A DNA stretch of 64,000 bases from Eledone cirrhosa (Eukaryota), in NCBI GenBank assembly GCA_964016885.1, contig CAXHJY010000940.1, positions 1 to 64,000 on the forward strand. Reading direction: 5' to 3'. Position 1 is the stretch's first letter; the number at the start of each line of letters is the position of its first letter. Below are positions 29,009 through 44,246 of this stretch, piece after piece. The translations under genes were made by a program, and so were the position numbers. Under the pieces are notes generated by a model. The model ran no database searches and was not told the DNA's origin. It saw only the letters and a list, made by a program, of their open reading frames with translations.

Positions 29009-30002
29009 CAAATCCCGCTGAGGTTAACTTTGCCTTTCATCCTTACGGGGTCGATAAAATAAAGTACCAGTAATACACTGGGTAATTGCTGGCCTTGTGC
29101 CAAAAGTAGAAACAATTATTATCTTGGAATATTTACTCCAGTAACTTGTTGAGTGCTCTATATCAGTTACAAACATTTGTTTGTCGGAATTCCAACAAAT
29201 TAAATACAACTCCTACATACACACACACACACACATACATATATATATAATATATACGATATTAAATAAATGGAAACTATATTTATAAAACCATATTTAT
29301 TTCATTATATATATTTCAGGGATATCATATTAACAATATGCTATGCATTATATAGTAAATATACTCCAAATACTTGTCGAGTGCTTTTATATCAGTTATA
29401 AATATTTACTAGTTGTAACCCAACAATTTAAATATAACTTTCCATATATAATATATATATATATATGGTGGTGGCTGCCAACTCGTTTTCGAGTACGGCC
29501 ACTACTTTATATCCATGTAGGAGAACCCTTACCGATGTGCTGAACGAATGTGACTTTAGTCCAGCCAGCGACTTGAAAACTGGTACAAACACTACACTTG
29601 TGACAATTATTGACACATAGTGCTGGGCCCATGGTACCATGTGATGACAAGTGCAGAGAGATCTCCAGATATAAAGCAATGCCTGTGCCGTGAAGCTTTT
29701 ATAGTGAGCAAAGGCACTGCACAAAGCCAGTCCCACTCTCTTAACCAAGATGATATTTACCAAAAAGAAGAACAAGTCAACATCATTGGATACCATCAGG
29801 GTTGCAGGTGTTATATCAGAGTTTTCCTTCTCCTAGAATTCTGCCTTGACAAAGGCTAAGGGGTCATCTCTCCCGGTGATTTTGGATGGCCATTGACTCT
29901 TAAGAGCTCCTTTGCCCTTTGATACACACACAAGCACAAATTTAGTTTTCAACTGTCATGGGTGAAAAAATTATATAAACATATATTGGTTTCTGATAAA
30001 GA

Positions 30003-30425
30003 TACAAGGCCAGCAATTTGGGGGGTGGGGGAAGTCGATTAAATCGACTCCAGTGCATGACTGGTACTTTATTTTACCGACCCTCGTGAGGATGAAAGGC
30101 AAAGTTAATCTCGACCGGATTTGAAATCAGAACATAAAGGGCCGTAACTCTAGCCTGTGTAACATGGTGTCCGACACTCTACTTATACTGCCAACCCACC
30201 GCCCTTAGAAAATGATTTAGACACAAGGCCAACAATTTTGTGGTGAGGATAAAGGCAATTAAATCAAACCCTAGTGCATTACTGGTACTTATTTCATCGA
30301 CCCTGTAAGGATGAAAGGCAAAGCTAACCTTGGCGGGATTTGAACTCAGAACGAAAGGAACCAGAAGAAACATCGCAATGACATTTTATCTGACAGTTAA
30401 TCAATTCTACCAATCTACCATCCCC
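30003..30425 (-). mobile_element. Two SINE family A copies
   Basis: Family A core seen twice on the minus strand. Confidence 0.8.
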
Positions 30426-30488
30426 ACCAAAAATAAATAATGAAAAAAAAAGCAAAAAGCAAAATTTGTTTCCAACTGTCACGAGCAA

Positions 30489-30519
<31 letters not shown>

Positions 30520-31254
30520 CAAAAAATAAATAAAAATAAACAAATAATAAATAAAATAAATAAATAAATGAATAAATTAAAAATAAATGAATTATGAAAT
30601 GATAATTATCAAAAAAAAAAAAAAAAATGTTAGAAAACTGTTAGAAAACTTATGTAAATATTTGGAATTGAAAAAATAAAATAAAAATTCACTCGGCATT
30701 AAGAAACAAGTTTAAATTCATTGAAAAATAACATTTTTTTCTCTCATTAATTTTGTTGTTGTTGATTATCTTAATTATCTTTGATAGATAATTTTGAATA
30801 TTAAGGACTTTATAGTAATCAATCTAATTTTTATTTACAACGCACAAGCGTGCACCCAGGCAAACAACACATACACATATATATATGTACATACGCACGT
30901 ACATACATGCACACACACATATATATACACTCTTTTACTTACATATACACACACATATCCTCTTAGCTTCGTACGGACGTATAATAACACACACACACAC
31001 TTTTACTTCCATATACACACACATATCTTCTTAGCTTCATACGGACATATAACACGCGCCCGCGAGTACACGCACGCGCACACGTATAGCTCTATATACA
31101 AAACATTTCTTTTCCATTTCAGGTAGACCCGCTCCATCATCCACTTTTCTAAAAATGATATCATACACAGTTTTCCAAGAGATAGCAACACGAATGGACC
31201 TGTTATTTTTCTCTAAAAACATTTTTTCCGATTCCATCCTGCCCGTCCCTTCAA

Positions 31255-31290
31255 TCTTCTGATGAAGGACTAGCGTCCGAAACGTTAAGA
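31255..31290 (+). ncRNA. Minimal Penelope-type hammerhead ribozyme
   Basis: TCTT-CTGATGA-A-GGAC-TAGC-GTCC-GAAA-CG-TT-AAGA: stem I TCTT/AAGA, stem II GGAC/GTCC, palindromic AACGTT, one extra A after the core. Confidence 0.7.
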
Positions 31291-31431
31291 CCCTCTTCCT
31301 GCTATTTCAAGTGTTAACCTAATATATTCCTTCCATATCCTGTATCGATTGTGTTGTTATTTCTGTTTGCTTTTTACACACACACACAAACACACACTCA
31401 TATATATATATACATACACACACACAGGCAC

Positions 31432-31466
<35 letters not shown>

Positions 31467-31983
31467 TACATTGATGTTTACAAACAAACGCACACATACT
31501 CATACATTCATACACAAACACTAACACATTTTTACTGGTTCTAGCCATTAGATTGTGTTCATACTGGGGCACCACATTCAAGGGATTTAGTCAATCACAC
31601 CGGCGACTACCAGTATTTTATTTTTTCAAGTGTGATGTTTATTTTTATCGATTTCTATCTGTCAAACCGCTAGTTTACATGACATAAACACACATACATA
31701 CATGACATAAACACACATACATACATGATGGATTTACACACACTTAAATTCTACCATTTTTCTCGCTGGGAAAAACCATCACACACACACAAACACATGA
31801 GCGTGCACATACATACACACGTATATATTGAAGGTATTTTATAAAGAAATATACGTAGAGCAAGCTAAACATTAATTGAATGTGTACTACATATATGGGA
31901 GCAGGCAGTAGATTTTAATTTTCGAAGAAAAAGGTGTAAACCCTCTGAAACTTAGAAATCATTGCCACCTTTTTAAAAAGAAT

Positions 31984-32014
<31 letters not shown>

Positions 32015-32157
32015 GTGTGTGTGTGTGTGGGGGGGGGGGTATCCCGGGTTCAATCGGGGGGTAACTACAGTAAGATACGCAATACATAGCAGAGTAGAAA
32101 TACTTTTTCTATATATATATATATGTGAGAAAAAACCCAAATCTTCCATCTCAATTA

Positions 32158-32198
32158 TACTTTTGAAAAGCAGAAGAACTGCGAAACCGGTAAAGGTA
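32158..32198 (+). ncRNA. Minimal hammerhead with U3-A8 variant core
   Basis: TACTT-TTGAAAA-GCAG-AAGAA-CTGC-GAAA-CCGG-TA-AAG(G)TA; palindromic ACCGGT stem III. Confidence 0.6.
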
Positions 32199-32724
32199 CC
32201 AAATAAATATATATTTTTATAAAAAAAAACTCCAGTTGCATTTTCGAGTTCATCTTTTTTCCTTAAACTTTCACTCGTGTAGAACACCTCGTTTTTTTTT
32301 TTCATTTTGTAAAAAAACCTCACTTTCTAATATATGTGTGTGTGTGTGTGTGTATTTTCTTTTTCCATTCTATTATACTTGAGCCGCTGGGAGGAGTGTT
32401 TGAGGACACTTCCCCCAACGACCTTCTCAGGATTAAGAGAGTGAAGAAGAAGAAGATGACTTCGAAGTTTCCAGTTTACTCCTTTTTCTTCGAACAAATA
32501 AAATCTATTATTCATATTTTAAGTTATTGTTTTTTTAATTATCTTCTTTGGTAAAATACACACGGACACGCATACATACATATACATACATATACATACA
32601 TGTATGTATATGTATATGCTACTAAAAAATATTTTAAAAGAGACATAACTTAAAATATGAATATTAAAAATACGGACAAGGAATTCTTCTACAAAAACAA
32701 TAATAATAATTATGATAAAATAAT

Positions 32725-32902
32725 TGTTTCTACTTTAGGCACAAGGCCAGCAAATACCCAGTGCATTACTGGTACTTTATTTTATCGACCCCGTAAGGAT
32801 GAAAGGCAAAGTCAACCTCGGCGGGATTTGAACTCAGATCGTAAAGGGACGTAACTATGCTGGAAAGCATGGCGTCCGACCCTCTACCGATACTGCCAAT
32901 CC
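32725..32902 (-). mobile_element. SINE family A, near full length
   Basis: Close match to the reverse complement of 22671-22848. Confidence 0.85.
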
Positions 32903-33966
32903 ATATGATAAAATAATGATAATTAAAAATATTCGGCCCACTAGGGCCAAAACAGGCGAATAATCGCCACAAGAAACTTTGGATAAATAAAACGAACATT
33001 TTAGTTGTCATTGCAAGAGATGGTCCAGTGATGGGTCAAAGGGAGATAATGAATGAAAACCAGCCTAAAAATCAGTGTGAAACTCGGGCATCTACAGATA
33101 TATGCATTACTATACTATAGATGACTACTACATTGAAGCGAATAGGCCTCTACATAGTTGGTCGGTCTGCTAGAAATAGTAGCTAAATGCCCTTAACTAA
33201 CACCTCCATCGTCTTAAAAATATCAAGGATACATTATAGAACGCAGTCTTAGAAAAATCAAACAAAGTAGTCAGGATGATCATGTTTGGAACTGCTATAA
33301 TCTTAGGTCTGCTGGATAAGGGCTGACATAGGGCTAAGTAATAACAACATCCTTTTTCTTTTCTACCCATTTTTTTTCTTTCACTTTGACAAAGACCACA
33401 AAATGACCGAACCAATTAAGAAGCCTCTAGGTGGTCACTCGGCCTGCTAGAAATAGAAGCCATATTTCCCCTCTACTAACACTCTACTGTCCTAAAAAAA
33501 AAAGGGGCTTGTTGGATAATGTAGTCCTTCATTTCATTCCTAAGAACTTTTTATCCTCTTCGTAAAAAGTGTATAATTCTGTTTTCTTTCATGTATCGTT
33601 TTTTATATCTTAAATTTATACAGGTGTGATTTATTGTGAAATAAATAAGAAAAAAACGATACCTGATAACTGGGTGGAGGGGAGGATAATGGCAGGATGA
33701 TCAGGGATAGAATTCTACTGATTATATATCTGCTCGAACCCAGGGGAAAAAGTCAAAGGGATGAAAGTCTCATTATATTTAAATACCATAAATTTATTTA
33801 AAACATTGGAAATATATATTTTGGACTCGATCATGTTTGACCTGGTGCTAAACAAGAACTAGTTCTAGACTAACCATTAAACAAGATACGTCCATATTTA
33901 GGGCCTCGAGTAAAGAGGGCCTCACAGAATGTTTCCCCGGTAGTCTATGGAAGTTTGTTTCATGCT

Positions 33967-34222
33967 TCAGAGTTGCTGAAGCATGGAACAAACTACCTGC
34001 ATCAGTTGTTAGTTGCCGAGACACTGCATCCTTTAAAACCTCCATGTTTCCTGAAATTCGCCAACACTACACCTGATATCCCCCCTCCATACATACACAC
34101 ACACATGTATATCATGTCGCATACACTGTTCACTTTCCTGACATTTGTACATTATTCTATGTACTATACATGCGCCTTTGATGAGTTGTAGTGCACCTGA
34201 GCACTGTACACAATAATTTCAT
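33967..34222 (+). mobile_element. CR1 3' end
   Basis: Same family as 18490-18860. Confidence 0.85.
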
Positions 34223-35201
34223 ACAGCACAAGGGAGCACTAAAATCTTTTCTGTGTTTAAGACCTCAAGTAAAGAGGGACCCATAGATTTTTTCCCAGTA
34301 CGAGTCTATGGAAGTTTGTTTTCCCCATATACAGTATAAGGGGGTATTATAATATTTTCAGTGCTAGGGAGCTCAAGTAAAAAGAGACCCCATAGAATTT
34401 TCCCCTCATATACAGTATCTGGGATACCATAACTTTTCAGTGCTTAGGGCCTCTAAACGTCAACGTTATGTCTACCACAGTGAATTCTCTCTGAAAGCCT
34501 GATATCTAATCCCTAGCTAAGTAAATAAGGACCCTTCTACCCAGAGACGTATCGACAATTTTTATAATAATCACTCATTTTCGAGCAAAGGCAGAACTTC
34601 TATATGGTTGTTCTACATTTTAGAAATAGCAGCTAAATCCCTCCCGTTTCTTTTTTACGAAAGGAAAAGACGTACTGGACAATGTAGCCCAGTATTTTCC
34701 TAAATTCCGGGAGAAAGGGTGTCTTTTAATATAATTTGTTTTTAAATTACTAAGTTTAGAAGTTATCAACAATGCAGATTAAAAAAAAAATGAACATTAA
34801 AAAAAATCACTACAAATTTATTTATTTTATTTTTATATGAATAACCGGTCTCTTTAAAATAAAATAAAGTACCAGTAATGTACTGGAGTCGATGTAATCA
34901 ATTTTCACCTCCCTAAAATTGTTGACCTTGTGCCTAAATTAGAAACCATTACGGGTCTGTTCAATGGCGGTAGATTGGCAGTATCGATAGAGCATAAAGA
35001 AACATGCTTTGTGGCCAGTAGTTACCCCCCTTTACGTTCTGAGTTCAAATCCCGTCAAGTTTAGCTTTGCCTTTAATCCTTACGGCGTCGAGAAAAGAAA
35101 GCACCAGTAACGCACTGAGGTGAATTTTACCGGGTTCAATCGGAGGTAACCACAGTAAGTAAAGTACTCAATACATAGCAGAGTATAAATATTTAATAAT
35201 A

Positions 35202-35306
35202 AAATGACTTCTACAGGACTTGAACTGTTTCATTCGGAAGAAATCATTAGGGCTTTCCTGATGATTTCTTCCGAATGAAACAGTTCTAATCCCGTAGAAG
35301 TCATTT
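35202..35306. repeat. Inverted repeat containing a hammerhead core
   Basis: About 46-bp arms. The right arm reads CTGATGA-T-TTC-TTCC-GAA-T-GAAA (35258-35280); the 5' strand of stem I is lost at the inversion point. Confidence 0.65.
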
Positions 35307-35689
35307 CTATTTAACCTGTTAGTTCTTTCGTTACTTTGGTATTGTATGGTTGGGTTTTGCCTACTGCAATATTCAATTGTCAAGCTATTTAAACGTATGT
35401 TATTACTCTAAGGACCTGCCTTATTGAGTGCTTTGCTAACTCATTCCTATTGTAGGTCGACTTTGCTTGGCCACAACCAAAGCTTCGATTTTAGTAAGCT
35501 TCCACTTGTATTATATATATATATATATATATATATTTAATAGAGAAATCTTCATATTCAGTAATTAAAGTATTTTTCTTTTAATTTTATTTCCACAATT
35601 ATCTGCAATGGAAATATTTACTATAATCTTCATTATATTTCAACAATGAAAATATTTTTAAGACCTTTATTGATAAACACAATTTATAT

Positions 35690-35784
<95 letters not shown>

Positions 35785-35873
35785 AACGAGTAGGACCCCG
35801 ACGGCTGAGCTCAAGCCGTTTCGACGGCTAATTCTGGACAGCCGTCGGGGTCCTACTCGGTCCTATTGACCGG

Positions 35874-35914
<41 letters not shown>

Positions 35915-36058
35915 CTACACTTTGGGAGGGTCATGTTGCCAATAAGAAACACACGCACCAGACGCTTTCACTTCAATTTATTATAATAAATTTATAAATT
36001 TAGGAATTTATAAATTTCCGATTGGTTGGTTCCACAACTAGATGGTTCTTTATATATT

Positions 36059-36101
36059 GTCAAAGTTCTTTCGTCACACATTCTGTGACCTCTTCAGTGA
36101 C
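36059..36101 (-). ncRNA. Minimal hammerhead motif
   Basis: Minus strand GTCA-CTGAAGA-G-GTCAC-AGAATGT-GTGAC-GAAA-GAAC-TT-TGAC. Confidence 0.6.
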
Positions 36102-36178
36102 TGGGATTCTTTTCTTTGTTTTTTGTGCCTCTCCTTTGTTCTGTCCTACGCCATCTTGTTTTTGTGTGTGTTCAGAAA

Positions 36179-36231
<53 letters not shown>

Positions 36232-36367
36232 AAGGTTAAACAAGGTTCAATGAATAAATCAAAGAATAAAGTTTTATAATAGGTTAGAAGCACTCCACAG
36301 TAATGGTTTTCCGGAGTTAATATTAATTCAAAATATTAACAAAAATAGACATTCGTGTGATCAAGTA

Positions 36368-36434
36368 TATTTTATTATACCTATTTCAGAGGTACTGAGC
36401 TATCTTCAACAGTACGTCCTCATCAGATAAAATA
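36368..36434 (-). ncRNA. Type I hammerhead motif
   Basis: Minus strand TATTTTAT-CTGATGA-GGAC-GTACTG..CAGTAC-CTCT-GAAA-TAGGTA-TA-ATAAAATA; 8-bp stem I. Confidence 0.7.
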
Positions 36435-37444
36435 AGATGATGCAGACATACCCTGGCTAAGTAGATGGTTAAAATTCAGTCATAGCAGTGAATAAGATAT
36501 GACAAAACTCAATATTTATATACCTTAAGATTGAGACATGAAAAAATTACATATAATACAGAGGGTGCGTTTGAGAAAGCTTCATATATATATATATATT
36601 GTTATATAAATTGTGTTTATCAATAAAGGTCTTTAAAATATTTTCATTGTTGAAATATAATGAAGATTGTAGTAAATATTTCCATTGCATATAATTGTGG
36701 AAATAAAATTAAAAGAAAAATACTTTAATTACTGAATATAAAGATTACACTTGAGAATAATTAATAAGGGTTAATACAAATGAAGAAATACGGACAACAA
36801 AGATAGTCGGATGTCACTGGGAAACATGGGTTAAAATAGTGTCACATGAATCACCAATATTGTCCCACATAATAGAGGGTGGGGGTCGAATAAGCGGGAA
36901 GGTTTGAAAATCGGCAATTTTCCTAGGTTGTCTCCGTTGATGTTTTTAAAAACCAGAATTAGTCATTTAGTTTAAATATGGCGACACCAACCCACCCTAT
37001 TTATTTTATAACGTGTGGGATTTCTAATAATGTAATTTTTTTGTCATGTATAATGTTTTTATAATGTATAAAGAAAATTAATTGTCGCAAGAATACTACG
37101 ACTTAAAATAAAATTTCACCGGACATAGATTAGCAAAATGTAATAAGTGGGGAGGTTGCAATAAGAGCGGGCGTGGGTGGGGGGCATTATTCGAGACCCG
37201 GGAGTAAACGAAATAATGGACTCCACACGAACTCATCCAAATTGAATACCTCTTATATCCTTCCATATTTACGATTTATGACATCAATTCTCGAGATTTA
37301 ATGTTCACCTCTTTTCTGGAAACCATGGAACATAGAACTGCTCCGTTTAATGTTAGAGAGTGATATGTCCACCTGTTGTGCTCAAAATTCGGTCTGTATC
37401 AGTTTTATTTATATGTTAAAGAAGAAGAAATTATCAGTAAAATA

Positions 37445-37622
37445 ATTGTTTCTACTTTTGGCACAAGGCCAGCAATTACCCAGTACATTACTGGTACTTT
37501 ATTTTATCGACCCCGTAAGGATGAAAGGCAAAGTTAACCTCGGAGGGATTTGAACTCAGACCGTAAAGGGACGTAACTATGCTAGAAAGCATGGCGTCCA
37601 ACCCTCTACCGATACTGCCAAT
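37445..37622 (-). mobile_element. SINE family A, near full length
   Basis: Family A consensus on the minus strand. Confidence 0.85.
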
Positions 37623-38319
37623 TCAAAATAATGAAATAGGGTTAACATTGGCGTTCAAGATGTTTGGAGGAGCTGGGCCGCTGTCGACGAAGTATCATGT
37701 GATGCCTGTGAGGGTGCTTGGTTGTTCCAGCGCCTTAGCCTCGCTATCATCTGCAGTATACGCTGTCAATGTGTTGGCTTGCCTAAAAAAAATATTAGAC
37801 GGAAGCTCCGGCATCCCTTGTGGTGTGTGGTCGATTAACACACTTGTGTTGACTTAATATTTTCTTTCGTTCTGATTCTATATTTTCATGTGAAATATTT
37901 ATGTAATTAAGTAATAGATATATATATATGTGTGTGTATATGTTAATTTTTGACAGCTATGGCATTTGTGTTTGTATAATATAGATAGCTTCTATATAGT
38001 CAGCATTTTTGTTTATGAAAAATAATGTGAACTTTGCTATTATAGTTCTGAGAGGAATGTAAAGCAAACTTTTGACTTGGAATATTGATTTTTAACATTG
38101 GCGTAAACTAGAAATTTTAGTGGGTGGCTAGTCAGCCTAACCGACCGCCCTTTCGATTGGTAATTACTCTATCGCTCACCCCCCCCCCCCACAAAGATAA
38201 AGAAGAAAATTGGTCTTGACAGGATTTGAACTCACATCGTTCAGAGACGTAACTAAATATGGAAAGGAATTTGTTCGGCATTCTGCCGATCCTGACTCAT
38301 GTCCTTATTTAGTTTACAG

Positions 38320-38630
38320 CAGGGGTGTGCAACATATTCCATTGGCGGGCTACTTTTGGAACAACTATTAGGGCTATTAATATTTATTAAGCAGTATTCC
38401 AAAGATTCACCACAACTTCTTTCCATAACATGGAACTGGGAAAATATAACATACATAACCCTATCAGTGAATCCCTTTAGTATAGGTCAACTAACAGAAA
38501 ATTGTATTACGGTTACGACAAAATTTCTAAATAAGCCTACAAGGTAAAAATTAAAAACGGTCATCGCGGGCCACTCTGCCTGGCTGGCAGGCCGGGTTGT
38601 GGCCCGCGGACCACCTGTTGCATGCACCTG
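38320..38630. mobile_element. hAT-like MITE
   Basis: TIRs CAGGGGTGTGCAACA/TGTTGCATGCACCTG; flanks GTTTACAG/GTTTAGTG. Confidence 0.65.
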
Positions 38631-38929
38631 GTTTAGTGTATTATATAATTGGCATTTAAAACCTTTCCAGGTCGAAACACATCCAATTTCTTTCAGAGAG
38701 AGATAAAGAATTGGATAGATATTTTATCGTCCTCAAAAGGTTGAAAAAACAAAGTTGACCTCGGCGGGATTTGGACTCAGAGCACAGCGAGCCGGTATAA
38801 ATGGAGAGGCATTTTTTAATCAAACGCACTAACGATCTGCCAATTCGCCGCATTAAAGGTTCATATTGTATCAAACCAAGTAAAATCTGGCGTAATTTAA
38901 TCACGTCAGATTTTACTTGGTTTGATATA

Positions 38930-39000
<71 letters not shown>

Positions 39001-39125
39001 GCTGTTGAAACGGCAAGAGCTCAGCCGTCGGGTTCATACTCGTTATGGTATAACCAGACACTACTGCCCCAAGTCTCGAGTACTCTGTTGAGTAATTGTC
39101 TTATCAGTTTCAAACTGAATCCACA

Positions 39126-39226
<101 letters not shown>

Positions 39227-39338
39227 GTGTTCGTTTTTCTTTTATATTCTACTATAATATACGGCTCGGAAATATCTCTTTCTTAGAGCTATTTTGTTGT
39301 AAGAGACTATTTTGAGTTCCTAACTCAATATATACCTT

Positions 39339-39410
<72 letters not shown>

Positions 39411-40529
39411 TTTGCCGTGTGTTGAGAAATCCCCAAGATCCAAGTTATGAATAAATGTTTTTAGTCTTCTAAATATGTGTCTTACTCTAATTTTCTCTGA
39501 TAACAAGTATCGAAGAAGGGAATGTTTCGCTTTAGGTATATAAAATGACAGAAAATGAAAATAAAAGTTACTTGTTTTTGTTTTTTTTTGTGAATAGATA
39601 AAAGTAATCACATTAAATCCTGATTTTATGTGTTTTCATTGTTTCTTTTATTCTTATAAATCTGTTTCCACTGTTTTAGATAAATTACATTCTTTTATGG
39701 TATTTAAATAGAACGTGATTTTTTTTTTCCCATGTGTGACTTTTTTTTTCTTCTTGGATTCGTGTTTTTCGTTGAGGATATTGACCTTTTAAAATGATTT
39801 AAATCTATAAACCGAAAAATTTATTTGTGAACATTTTTTTCCGAATGATTTATTTTCGATTTTTTTTCTCCGATACCGACCAGCTTCCTCACAACTGACT
39901 GTTTGCAGTCAATTGCTTCCTTTCTTTGCCCCCTCCTTCTATTAATTAGGTCAACAAGGCGAGACACAATCAGGTATGAGTAAAAAAAAAAAAAATCTTG
40001 CCTAAGACTCTGATAAGACTATTTAAAAAAAATTCAGTTTCTTTTTATTGTAGGGTTTTCCTTTCATTTTATTGTCTGTTATTTTACATATTTAAAGCGA
40101 AACATCCATAAAACAGGTTTTAGAACCTGTAAGGGTTGTTTAACTAGAATCTGCAACAACTGAGAGACACACGAGTAAAACTTGTTAACATATGCAAAAT
40201 CATTCAACAGCTGGCTTTACACGAGAGAGCCCCTCTGTGACCATATGATCTGCTAGAAATAGCAACCAAAACCTCTCAAATTCAATCCGCTCTAAAAATT
40301 ATAAAAATAAAATAATGCATTTACATTGGATAATGTAGATATACATATTTGAAAAATAAAAAGACAGATTGGTCATGTCTGGAATACCTTTGATTACAGG
40401 TCTGCTTAATCGGGACTGACCTGGAGCTAGGATTTCCTTACGTTAGACTGATCGAGGCATTTATCAAAATTTAAATGCTTTTATGTAGTAAAAATATCGT
40501 ACAACTAAATAACAAAGTTTTATTATTTT

Positions 40530-40890
40530 AGGATCCAGTTAAAATCTCGGAATATAGGAAAGTTTGAAATTTGCTTCACGAGTTCAAATCCTGCCGAGGT
40601 TAACTTTGCCTTTCATCCTTATGGGATCGATAACATAAAGTACCAGTCACGCACTAGGGTCAATTTAATCGACTTTCTCCTCCTCCAAAATTGCTGGCCT
40701 TGTGCCTATATAAGAAACCATTATTTCAGGATCCAGTTAAAATCTCGGAATTTAGAAAAGTTTGAAATTTTCTTCATGAGTTCAAATCCTGCCGAGGTTA
40801 ACTTTGCTTTTCATCCTTACAGGGTCAATAAAATAAAGTACCAGTAATGCACTGGGGCCTTGTGCCCCCAAAAGTAGAAACATTATTATT
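40530..40890 (+). mobile_element. Tandemly duplicated truncated SINE A with flank
   Basis: GGATCCAGTTAAAATCTCGGAAT..GAGTTCAAATCCTGCCGAGG occurs twice, about 199 bp apart. Confidence 0.75.
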
Positions 40891-41243
40891 ATTATTTACA
40901 TTACCTCACAAGCATCAAGATTTAAAAATAAAAATAAAAAATAGTTAGCTGTCGAAAAAGAGTTATGTCCCTTATCACTTGCAGCAAACGCCAACAGCTT
41001 GTTTATATATCTATCTTTTCTTTTGAGTATTTTGCCAGCTTGAAATATTAACAATAATAATAGTTAAAAAAACGCGCGCACGCGCACACGCACACATACA
41101 CACACACACATACACACACACACACACAATTATTTTTTTAAATAATATATTGAGAAACATAGAAGCATTTATTCTATGACTCATTTGATTTAAATATATA
41201 AATATATATTTAAACCTACTATTTACTGACTTTGGAGAGAGAA

Positions 41244-41303
<60 letters not shown>

Positions 41304-41441
41304 TATATATATATATATAGAGAGAGAGAGAGATCGTAATTATCAACAATTTTGATTAAACAATAGGAAATAATTCGTATATCTCACAATTCGATCAGAT
41401 ACTTTCATTCAACTTAAGAGGATTATTAAGTTCACGTAGAT

Positions 41442-41628
41442 CAGGCATGTCAAACTGAGGGTCCCCCCCCCCCCCGAGGGCTACATGGGTCACATACGAC
41501 AACTAATTGTGCACATTACAACACATTTTAAACATTTTATATTACGAAGATAAAACATGCTCGCGCTGTAAGAACGTTTGTGCGGGTCGCAACTGTGTTT
41601 GTAAAGGGCCGCATGTTTGACATGCCTG
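41442..41628. mobile_element. hAT-like MITE
   Basis: Perfect 14-bp TIRs CAGGCATGTCAAAC/GTTTGACATGCCTG. Confidence 0.7.
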
Positions 41629-42539
41629 ACATAAGGTGTTGGAGTGGCAGAATTATTAGAGTATCGAACATAATGCTTTGTAGTATTTTAGAGACGCCCC
41701 TTTACGTTATGGGTTCAAACCCCACAGAGGCCAACTTTGCCTTTCATTATTCCGAGGTCGATAAAATAAAGTTCCAGTTGATTTAATCGACTTCACCCTC
41801 GTCCAAATTGTAGTCCTTGTGTCTAAATTAGAAATCAATATTAAGTTTACGTAAGGATGATGGATTAGTAAAATCGTTAGAGCGTCGGACAATGTTTCGT
41901 GGCATTGTGTTATGGTCCTTTACGTTCTGAGTTCAAATCCTGCTTGGGTCGATAAAATAAAGTACTAATGTAGTGGGGTCAATATAAGAAGCTTACCCTG
42001 TGCCGGATTTAGGACAAATGAGGCCCTGTGCTAGTTAAGTTATGAGGCCCCTTACTTGGACCCTGAAAGAAGATAAAAATAATTTTTGGCAGGAAGATGA
42101 CCCCCACCCACCTGCCAACGGGGTCCTGTGCTGAAGCACACCCAAGCGCAATGGTAAATCGGTCACACCCCCACCAAACTTAAATCAGAAATCATTAAGT
42201 TTACGTATTGCTAGAGCGGGTTGCAAAGAGATTTTACATGGCAGAACAAAACTGCTTTCGGGCCTCAGGGTGGGATGCGAGAAGCTCCTCTCAAAATTCA
42301 AGAGGACTGAGAGATTATTCTGAGCGTTGGAGAAGGCGGTGGAACCGTCAGATATTCACGCCCTCCTCTTTGGCTCTCCGGTGCCTGAACCGATGTACTA
42401 ATTGAATACTTCTTTTATAGATCCTGCTGTTAGGCTCCATTGGATTTAGAAGAAAGAAGGAAAGGGCACTTAACTCTTGATGTTACAAGGGTGTCGTTCT
42501 GACACATGACATGTTTTGGGCGTTTAAAGCCCCGTGAAG

Positions 42540-42810
42540 CCCGTCCAGTCCAGCTGTCAAATACAACCCCTCCCACAAAGTTGGTATTTGGCCCAGGCTA
42601 GCTGTGAAATACATCCCCCTCTCCACAGAGCAGGTCCAGACCAGATGGGAAATACAGCCACTGCCCCACAAAGGAGATAATAGATCTAGTCCAGCTGAGA
42701 AATATAACCCCTTCCACAAAGCAGGTCCAAACTAGCTGTGAAATGCAGCCCCTCCACACAAAGCTGGTAATAGGGCCAGTCTAGCTGTAAATACAGCCCC
42801 TACCCCAGAC
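42540..42810. repeat. Degenerate ~40-bp tandem repeat
   Basis: AGCTGTGAAATACAGCCCC..CCACAAAG-like unit, about 6 copies. Confidence 0.7.
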
Positions 42811-43470
42811 AAATATGAAACGTAGACCCCCATTTCGAACTGTTCATTAAGTATTTTAGTCACCAAAGCTAAATACAGATGGTTATGGTTTATATACATG
42901 TATATATATATATATAAACGACAGGAATTAATTATATCGTGTAATCATAAACTAAGAAAAACATTTAAATATTATAAACCTAATTAATAACATTATTTTA
43001 GATATTAATATATAATTTAATTTAAATGTTAGTTAACCTATAAATTTAATTTAATTAAAATTCTACTACAGATGAGATTATAAAATATTGTGTAATCATA
43101 AATTGTGAAAAACTTTTAAATATTACTAATATATACTTTGTAAATTAATTTATAGATTAATTTTAATTTATTTAACCTTTTATTAAAATTCCTTTACAGA
43201 TAAAATATAACAAAATATCGTGTATTCAATGACAGAGAAATATTTTTTAATATTATAGACCTAATTAATGTACAATTTAGAAATATATTTATAATTTGGT
43301 TTTAATTTGGTTAACCTAAAAATTTAATTTAATTGGCTTAAAATTAAAATCCTAATACAGATGGATTGCAGAGTGTCATGTAATCATAGACTGAGATAGG
43401 TTTTAGATGTATACCTAGTTAATATATTCTTTGCAATTTTTGAAAAAATATGTATATGTATGTGTATGTG

Positions 43471-43518
<48 letters not shown>

Positions 43519-44089
43519 TATATGTGTGTGTATATATTAATTTTAATTTTTGTTTACCTATAATTATATTCTACTATAGATATAATACAATATCTCTTTT
43601 AATTATTATAAACCTAATTAACATATACTATAGAAATTAATATATAATTTTTAATTTAGTTAACCTATAATTTATATTCTACTACCGATGTAATACTTTA
43701 TTTGGTTTTTTTCCCTATTATTAAATTCATTTCCTAATATTGATACCATAACGTTAATAATTTTAATTTAGTTATACTATAATTAATACTCTACTACTAT
43801 TTAACTTCAAAATTCCGCTTCAAATATTATAAACCTAAGTAGTATACACCTTAGAAATCAATATATTAACTATCTTTAATTTAGTTAACCTATAATTAAT
43901 AGTCTACTTATATTAAAATGCATAATTTTGCCTTCTTTCTTACATTTCCTAATACTGAAACTACTATGTAAACACATATTATGATCTAAATGCAGATTAA
44001 TATTCTATGTTTCTTGAAACCTATATTTACTATAACCCCCCCCCCCTATTATTATTTGTATTTGTAAGCGTGGATGTATGTATGTATAT

Positions 44090-44170
44090 GTAGATAGGTA
44101 TGTATGTTTGGGTGTTTATATGTGAGTATAAAAATACATATGTGCGCATGTAAATAAGGGTGTATGATTG

Positions 44171-44246
<76 letters not shown>

